A DNA stretch of 64,000 nt from Candidatus Latescibacterota bacterium (GTDB lineage Bacteria > Latescibacterota > UBA2968 > UBA8231), in assembly GCA_965206595.1 (NCBI GenBank), contig OZ242214.1:4416001-4480000 (forward strand), read 5' to 3'. Numbering within the stretch: position 1 is the first letter of the stretch; each line of letters starts with the position of its first letter. Below the pieces are notes generated by a model. It was given only the letters and a program-made list of their open reading frames with translations. It made no database searches and had not been told where the DNA came from. The position numbers were made by a program, and so were the translations under genes. Below, piece by piece: positions 57,799 to 64,000 of this stretch.

Positions 57799-60546
57799 AT
57801 GAAAGAGACGGAACTGTCCGAACTCGAACGGGAGCTGCAGGAAGCCCGCGCTCGCGGCAGCGCCCTGGAGGCGCGCCGGGAGTTCCGCACAACCCGGATC
57901 GAGCAGATTGGGGAACGCCACCTGCGAGGGGAGGGAGGCCTGGCAATCGCCCGCGCCATCACCGACGTAACCGACGCCATCGTCCTCGACGCGTACCGGG
58001 AGGCGACGGTCGCCGCCGCCGATTCGGCGCCGGCCCACGCCCTTGTGGCCCTGGGAGGGTACGGCCGCCGGGAGATGTCCCCCTTTTCCGACGTCGACCT
58101 GCTGTTCCTGTTCGACAAGGAGAAGGACAAGAGCGCCGGGCTGATCTCCGGGGTCCTCCATCCCCTGTGGGATGTCGGCTTCGACATCGGCCACGGCAGC
58201 CGCACGATTGCCGAGTCGGTGCGCATGACCCGCGACGACGTCGAGTCCTGCACCGCCATGCTGGACGGGCGCTTCCTCGCCGGGGACGGCGAGCTGTTCG
58301 ACAGGTTCCGGAAGCGGCTGTTCGCGGGTCTGCCGAAGAAGACGGTGAACAGGCTCGCGGCGCTGCGGCGCTCCCGCAAGGACCGCTCCGGCCGGGTGCA
58401 GGTGCTCGAGCCGAACGTCAAGGAAAGCGCCGGCGGCCTGCGCGAGATCCACCTGCTCGAGTGGGCCCTGAAGGCGCGCGGAGGTCCGGATCTCGCCAAG
58501 GTGTTGCCGCGCTTCCTCGACGCCGAGGACGTCGAGACCCTGGCCGCGGGGCGCGACTTCCTGTGGCGTGTACGCCACCAGCTGCACTTCGCGATGGGGC
58601 GCAAGCACGACGTCCTCGATCACGAGCACAAGACCGCGATCGCCGCGGCCCTGGGGTACGACGACCGCGCCGTCGGCGGGGAGGAGCGGGCAGGAGAGCC
58701 CGCCCAGGCAGGCGGCAACGGCGACCCCCGGCACCGGGTCGGGGCCGCGGACCGGCTCGGGGAGGACCGCGGGCTCGAGCTGGCCTCCGAGCATTTCATG
58801 CGCGACTACTACCTGCACGCCCGCGGCGTCTTCCACCTGGTAGAGCTCGGTTTCGAGCGCGTCGTCGACAAGCCGCGGCGGCGCAGCCGCCGCCTGCTGC
58901 TCGAGGATGGGGTGGTCGCGGTCGACGGAGAAATATCGTTGCCGGACGGCGAAGCCTACTTCCGCGAGGATCCGTTGCGGCTGCTGCGGATATTCGCCCT
59001 CGCGCAGAGCAGGAACATGCGTCTCGGCGAGCAGGCGCAGCGCTGCCTCCTGCAGGCCCTCGACCTGATCGACGACGACTTCCGGCACAGCCCCGACGCG
59101 AAGGCGATTTTCTCGGCCGTAATCCGCCGCAAGCAGCGAGTCGCCGCGACCATGAGGTCTATGCACGAGCTCGGGGTGCTGGGAGCCTACCTGCCGGAGT
59201 TCGGCTCGCTCACCTGCCTCGTCCAGTACGACATCTTCCACCTCTACACCGTCGACGAGCACACCCTGGTCGCCCTGGAGAACCTCGAGACCCTGTCGAA
59301 GCGGGGGGAAGGCTCGAGCCTGAAGCGGGTCCACGGCGCCCTCGAGCGCCGCGACCTGCTGGTGCTCGGCCTCCTCCTGCACGATGTCGGCAAGTCGCGG
59401 CGGCAGGAGCACATCTCCTGCGGCGTCGAGATGACGACGGAGCTCCTCGAGCGCCTGCAGCTACCCGAGGCGGACCGCCGCTTCGTCCTCTTCCTGGTCG
59501 AGCACCACCAGGAGATGGTCCTGATCTCGCAGCGGCGAGACCTCGACGACAACCGCATGATCGCCGAGTTCGCCGGCAGGTTCGCCAACCCCGACTGGCT
59601 GCACGCCCTCTATCTGCTCTCCTACGCCGACCTGTCCGCGGTCGCCAGCGACGCCTGGAACGACTGGCACGGCGCCCTGCTCTGGGAGCTCTACCGCAAG
59701 ACCCTGGAGCAGCTCGAGTCGGGGCTGAAGACCCTGGAGGACCGGCAGTACACCCGCCAGGCCCTCGACCGCCATCTCAAGGAGATCGCCGGCTCCTGGC
59801 CCGCCTCGAAGGTCAAGGCCTTCCAGGCCCACGTCGAAGCGCTCCCGGGCCGCTACCTGTCCGCCTACGGCCGCGACGAGATCGAGCGCCACCTCGCCGC
59901 GATCGACGCCTTCCTCGCGGCCGAGCAGAAACAGGGGATCGCCGCCGGCTTCGTCGACCACCCCAGCCACACCGAGGTCCTGGTCTGCGCCCGCGACCAG
60001 CCCCACCTGCTGGCGAAGATCTGCGGGGTCCTGTCCGTCCACGACATCGACATCCTCCGCGCCGGGGTTAACACCCGCGACGACGGCATCGCCGTCGACG
60101 TCTTCCAGGTGACCGACGTCGACGGCACGGCGCAACTGCCGGAGTGGAAGCGGGAGCGGGTGCGCGCGCAGCTGCAGGAGGTGATCGCCGGCATCAGCGA
60201 GGTCGAGGACCTGTTCCTGCAGTACAGCGAGAACTGGCTCCGCCGCCGCCGCAACCTCCCGGTGCGCACCCCGGTGGTCGAGTTCGAGAATCAGGTCTCC
60301 GAGGAGTTCACCGTCGTCGACACCGACGTTCAGAACGGCGTCGGAGTGCTCCACGCCATCACCAGCCTGCTGGCGGAGTTCGATCTCAGCGTCCGCACCG
60401 CCATCATCACCACGGTCGCCGACCGCGCCAGGGACGCTTTCTACGTCGCCGACGGCAAGGGCCAGAAGATCGTCAGCTACCAGCTGATGGAGAACATTCG
60501 CGAGCGCCTTCTCGACACCCTCGGGGCGGGGCCCCAACCGGCCTGA
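57799..60546 (+). CDS. glnD: [Protein-PII] uridylyltransferase/uridylyl-removing enzyme
   Basis: ALGGYGRREMSPFSDVDL, EPNVKESAGGLR, HLYTVDEH, LLHDVGK and two ACT domains. Confidence 0.96.
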   Translation: MKETELSELERELQEARARGSALEARREFRTTRIEQIGERHLRGEGGLAIARAITDVTDAIVLDAYREATVAAADSAPAHALVALGGYGRREMSPFSDVDLLFLFDKEKDKSAGLISGVLHPLWDVGFDIGHGSRTIAESVRMTRDDVESCTAMLDGRFLAGDGELFDRFRKRLFAGLPKKTVNRLAALRRSRKDRSGRVQVLEPNVKESAGGLREIHLLEWALKARGGPDLAKVLPRFLDAEDVETLAAGRDFLWRVRHQLHFAMGRKHDVLDHEHKTAIAAALGYDDRAVGGEERAGEPAQAGGNGDPRHRVGAADRLGEDRGLELASEHFMRDYYLHARGVFHLVELGFERVVDKPRRRSRRLLLEDGVVAVDGEISLPDGEAYFREDPLRLLRIFALAQSRNMRLGEQAQRCLLQALDLIDDDFRHSPDAKAIFSAVIRRKQRVAATMRSMHELGVLGAYLPEFGSLTCLVQYDIFHLYTVDEHTLVALENLETLSKRGEGSSLKRVHGALERRDLLVLGLLLHDVGKSRRQEHISCGVEMTTELLERLQLPEADRRFVLFLVEHHQEMVLISQRRDLDDNRMIAEFAGRFANPDWLHALYLLSYADLSAVASDAWNDWHGALLWELYRKTLEQLESGLKTLEDRQYTRQALDRHLKEIAGSWPASKVKAFQAHVEALPGRYLSAYGRDEIERHLAAIDAFLAAEQKQGIAAGFVDHPSHTEVLVCARDQPHLLAKICGVLSVHDIDILRAGVNTRDDGIAVDVFQVTDVDGTAQLPEWKRERVRAQLQEVIAGISEVEDLFLQYSENWLRRRRNLPVRTPVVEFENQVSEEFTVVDTDVQNGVGVLHAITSLLAEFDLSVRTAIITTVADRARDAFYVADGKGQKIVSYQLMENIRERLLDTLGAGPQPA

Positions 60547-60556
60547 GCCGTCGACG

Positions 60557-60862
60557 ATGACACGGGAGGAGACCCCAAAGCCGGAAGGCTGGGACCCGGT
60601 GTTCCTGCACTCCCGCCGCGAGTCCCTGGTGATCTTCGCGGTCTGGCTCGCGGCGCTGGCCTGGGCGGTTCCCTTCTGCTACCTGACCGGGTACCGCGCC
60701 GCAGGTGCGCCGGCCACGGTGCTCGGCATTCCCTCCTGGGCCTTCTGGGGCATCGCCACGCCCTGGATCCTCGCCAACGTCTTCACCGTCTGGTTCTGCT
60801 TCCGGTTCATGGAGGACGACCCGCTCGAAGCGTCCGCAGCCGACCCGGAGCAGGGGAGTTGA
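60557..60862 (+). CDS. DUF997/YhdT-like small membrane protein
   Basis: SRRE, two TM helices, GIPSW.FWG and MEDDPL; overlaps the symporter start. Confidence 0.75.
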   Translation: MTREETPKPEGWDPVFLHSRRESLVIFAVWLAALAWAVPFCYLTGYRAAGAPATVLGIPSWAFWGIATPWILANVFTVWFCFRFMEDDPLEASAADPEQGS

Positions 60863-62757
60863 CCGGCGGCGGCGGTTCCAACGCCGCCCTGTGGACGTTC
60901 CTCGTCTACATCGGCGGCGTCCTCTTCCTGGCGGCGCTGGCCAACCGCCTGCTCAGGAATCGCAGCTTCCTCGGCGAGTACTTCCTGGGCAGCCGCAGCC
61001 TCGGAGTCTGGGCCTTCGCCCTGACCTTCGCGGCGACCAGCGCCTCGGGGGGCAGCTTCACCGGGTTCCCATCGAAGATCTACACCCACGGCTGGATCCT
61101 GGCGCTGTGGATCGGCAGCTACATGGTGGTGCCGATCTGCATGATGGGCCTGATCGGCAAGCGCCTGAACCAGGTGGCCCGGATCTCGGGGGCCATCACC
61201 GTCCCCGACGTCTTCCGCGACCGCTTCGCCAGCCCCGGCTTCGGCCTGCTGGCCACCGCCCTCATCGTCTTCTTCATGGCCTTCAACCTGATCGCCCAGT
61301 TCAAGGCCGGGAGCCTGATTCTCCAGACCCTGCTCGCCGACGTCCCGGCCTTTCAGGACTTCGCCCGGAGCGCGGCGCCCGCGGCCAGTGCCTGGGGCGG
61401 CTCCGTCGATCCGGGATACCTGGTCTGCCTCGCCGCCTTCGGCCTCGTCGTCATCCTCTACACCACGTACGGCGGCTTTCACGCCGTCGTCTGGACCGAC
61501 GTGCTGCAGGGAGGGGCGATGGTGCTGGGGGTCCTCATCATGCTGCCGCTGACTCTCGGCGAGGTCGGCGGGCTGCGGCAGGCGACGCGGGAGTTGGCGA
61601 AGATGACGCCGCCGCGCATCGGCACCGGCACCCTGGAGCTGCCCGAGTCGCGGCAGGCCGCCCGCATCCCCTCCGGCCACTGGATCTACAGGGAGCAAGA
61701 AGCCGGCAGGGCGGAGCTGTTCCGCGTCACCCGGGCGGTCGACGCCGCCCCGGGAGAGCCGGTCGAAGTGAACCTGCTCGAGGTGACCGCCCCCGAAGAG
61801 ATCGCCCGCGTCCGTGCCGATCTCGGCCTCGCGGAAAGCGACCTCCGACTAAGCAACCTCGAGCTCGAGCCTTACGCCCATGGCGCCGGGCAGCCGGGAG
61901 TCTACGTCTCCGGACCGGGTCCGAGCCGCAGCTCTGCCGACGGTTTTCTGCCGCTGAGCCTCGCCTTCTCCTTCTTCTTCATGTGGGCGATCGCCGGCAC
62001 CGGGCAGCCGGCCCACTACGTCCGGCTGATGGCCTTCCGCAGCTCGCGGACGCTGATGCGCTCCATAGTCACCGTCGCCTTCTACTACTCGATGATCTAT
62101 TTCCCGCTGGTCATCATCTTCTGCTGCGCCCGCATCCTGCTGCCGGGGATGGAGACCGAGTCGGACCGCATCATGCCCGCGGTCGCCATCTACCTGACCG
62201 AGAACGCCGGCGTCGCCTGGCTCGGCGGCCTGCTGGTCGCGGCCCCGTTCGCCGCGGTGATGTCGACGGTCGACAGCTTCCTGCTGATGATCTCCTCCGC
62301 CCTGGTGCGGGACGTGTACCAGCGCAACGTCAACCCCGGGGTCGGGCAGCGCCGCATCCGGGCCCTCAGCCACCTCGTCACCCTGCTGGTCGGAGTCGCG
62401 GCGATGGCCGGCGCCGTCGATCCGCCGCAGTTCCTGCAGGACATCATCGTCTACACCGGCAGCGGGCTGGCCGCCTGCTTTCTCGGGCCGACCGTGTTCG
62501 CCCTCTACTGGCCGCGCGCCAACGTCTGGGGGTGCGCCGCGGGCATGGCGGCCGGGTTCGCCGCGCACCTGGCGATGTATGCAGGCGGCATTTTCGTCAA
62601 CGGCAGCTTCTTTCACCCGGTCCGTATATTCAACCTCGATCCGATCCTCGCCGGCCTCGCCGTTTCCTTCGCCGGCACCTGGCTCGTCGCGCGCGCGACG
62701 AGCCAGGTGCCGGACGAAATCACCGAAACCTACTTCCGCACGGGAGGACGACAGTGA
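60859..62757 (+). CDS. Sodium:solute symporter (PanF/PutP-like)
   Basis: EYFLGSRSLG, SGGSFTG, GGFHAVVWTDVLQ and AAVMSTVDS motifs. Confidence 0.92.
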   Translation: MTGGGGSNAALWTFLVYIGGVLFLAALANRLLRNRSFLGEYFLGSRSLGVWAFALTFAATSASGGSFTGFPSKIYTHGWILALWIGSYMVVPICMMGLIGKRLNQVARISGAITVPDVFRDRFASPGFGLLATALIVFFMAFNLIAQFKAGSLILQTLLADVPAFQDFARSAAPAASAWGGSVDPGYLVCLAAFGLVVILYTTYGGFHAVVWTDVLQGGAMVLGVLIMLPLTLGEVGGLRQATRELAKMTPPRIGTGTLELPESRQAARIPSGHWIYREQEAGRAELFRVTRAVDAAPGEPVEVNLLEVTAPEEIARVRADLGLAESDLRLSNLELEPYAHGAGQPGVYVSGPGPSRSSADGFLPLSLAFSFFFMWAIAGTGQPAHYVRLMAFRSSRTLMRSIVTVAFYYSMIYFPLVIIFCCARILLPGMETESDRIMPAVAIYLTENAGVAWLGGLLVAAPFAAVMSTVDSFLLMISSALVRDVYQRNVNPGVGQRRIRALSHLVTLLVGVAAMAGAVDPPQFLQDIIVYTGSGLAACFLGPTVFALYWPRANVWGCAAGMAAGFAAHLAMYAGGIFVNGSFFHPVRIFNLDPILAGLAVSFAGTWLVARATSQVPDEITETYFRTGGRQ

Positions 62758-64000
62758 ACGGCAACCGCGCAATCGCAAAAATCCTCAGGGCCGAGGGGGT
62801 CGACTGGGCCGCCGCCTTCCCGGAACAGCCACTGATCGATGCGCTCGTCGAGGAGGAGATCCGGCCGATCATCTGCCGCCACGAGCGCACCGGCGTCAAC
62901 ATGGCGGACGGGTACAGCCGCACCCTGAACCAGTCCCGCTTCGGCGTCTTCACCATGCAGACGGGACCGGGCGCGGAGAACGCGCTGGGGGGCGTCGCCC
63001 AGGCCTTCGCCGATTCGATCCCGATCCTGCTGCTGCCGGGGGGGCAGTCGCGGCAGCGGACCCAGGTGCACCCCCACTTCGAGTCGGTGGAGAACTACCG
63101 TCTGATCACCAAGTGGTCGGCCGAAATCAACCTCGTAACCCGGGTTCCCGAGCTGATGCGCCGCGCCTTCACGCTGCTGAAGAACGGCCGCCCGGGCCCC
63201 GTGCTGCTGGAGATCCTGCGCGACGTCGGCCTCGAGGAGTTCCCGGGCGAGCTCGAGTACACCCCGGTCGCGAGGCTGAGGTCGGCCGCGGCCTCCGAGG
63301 ACGTGCGCGACCTGGTCGCCGCCCTTGCGAAGGCGGAACGGCCGATGATCGTCGCCGGGCACGGCGTGCTCTGGGCCGAGGCCAGCGGGGAGCTGGCGCG
63401 CTTCGCCGAGCTGGCCGCGGTGCCGGTGATGACGACGCTGGCCGGAAAGAGCGGCTTTCCCGAGGACCATCCCCTGTCGCTGGGGTACTACGGCAGCTCC
63501 GGAACCGACATGGCCGGCCGCTTTCTCACCAACGCCGACTTCATCCTCGGGGTCGGCACCAGCTTCACTCCCGCCAATCTCAACGCGGCGATTCCCGACG
63601 GGCCGGTGCTGGCGCAGATCACCAACTGCCTCGAGGACGTCAACAAGTACCACGCCGTCAGCTACGGCGCCGTGGGGGACGCCCGGCTGGTTCTGAGGCA
63701 GGCGATCGAGGAGGCGAAACGGCAGTTCGGAGAGCAGGGGCGGGATTCCTCCGGAGTCGCCGGGGAGATCGCCCGCATTCAGGCGGGCTTCATGGCGGAA
63801 TGGAAACCGCGCCTGACCTCGAGCGAGGTGCCGGTCAGCCCCTACCGCGTCTTCACCGAGATCGCGTCGGCGGTCGACGTCGCCGATACCATCATCACCC
63901 ACGACTCCGGGTTTCCCCGAGATCAGCTCGCCCCCTTCTGGCAGTCGACGACGCCGCGTAGCTACATGGGCTGGGGCAAGTCGACGCAGCTCGGGTACGG
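62754..64000 (+). CDS. Thiamine pyrophosphate-dependent enzyme (acetolactate synthase-like), truncated at the window end
   Basis: GTG 62754; ILRAEGV, RHERTGVNMADG, GPGAEN, GRPGPV, TTLAGKS.FPEDHPL and HDSGFPRDQ. Confidence 0.9.
   Translation, partial: MNGNRAIAKILRAEGVDWAAAFPEQPLIDALVEEEIRPIICRHERTGVNMADGYSRTLNQSRFGVFTMQTGPGAENALGGVAQAFADSIPILLLPGGQSRQRTQVHPHFESVENYRLITKWSAEINLVTRVPELMRRAFTLLKNGRPGPVLLEILRDVGLEEFPGELEYTPVARLRSAAASEDVRDLVAALAKAERPMIVAGHGVLWAEASGELARFAELAAVPVMTTLAGKSGFPEDHPLSLGYYGSSGTDMAGRFLTNADFILGVGTSFTPANLNAAIPDGPVLAQITNCLEDVNKYHAVSYGAVGDARLVLRQAIEEAKRQFGEQGRDSSGVAGEIARIQAGFMAEWKPRLTSSEVPVSPYRVFTEIASAVDVADTIITHDSGFPRDQLAPFWQSTTPRSYMGWGKSTQLGY

Noticed and set aside
58660-58780. 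Gly/Ala-rich insertion in GlnD as a possible intein or mobile insert
   Set aside because: Only about 35 aa, low complexity and no intein terminal motifs; likely a loop expansion
1-64000. tRNA, rRNA, tmRNA, integrase or prophage genes
   Set aside because: No cloverleaf/T-loop signature in intergenic DNA, no rRNA-like tract and no recombinase or phage structural motifs seen by eye

Overview
A high-GC bacterial chromosomal window with about 50 densely packed genes. It is dominated by catabolic and redox enzymes: 3 PhyH-family and 1 TauD-family Fe(II)/2-oxoglutarate dioxygenases, 3 HpcH/HpaI aldolases, 2 DapA-family lyases, SDR/MDR/AKR/LLM oxidoreductases, an IolD-containing cyclitol operon and a dimethylformamidase-like large subunit. 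It also holds a split Wzx/Wzy-type polysaccharide locus and the housekeeping genes hflX and glnD. Two more AT-rich accessory tracts are visible. The first (~17.2-23.9 kb) has a frameshifted orphan HicB, a coupled ATPase-nuclease + HExxH metallopeptidase pair (candidate defence system) and a large secreted zincin/Ig/EF-hand protein. The second (~42.8-46.7 kb) has a broken HTTM-like membrane protein gene and a degraded ISL3 element with intact inverted repeats and an 8-bp target duplication. The gene content is reminiscent of Latescibacterota-like or sponge-associated bacteria (inference only). No rRNA, tRNA or CRISPR-cas locus was found. Several single-base indels in short homopolymers may be sequencing errors. 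All family assignments come from reading motifs by eye; no database search was run.
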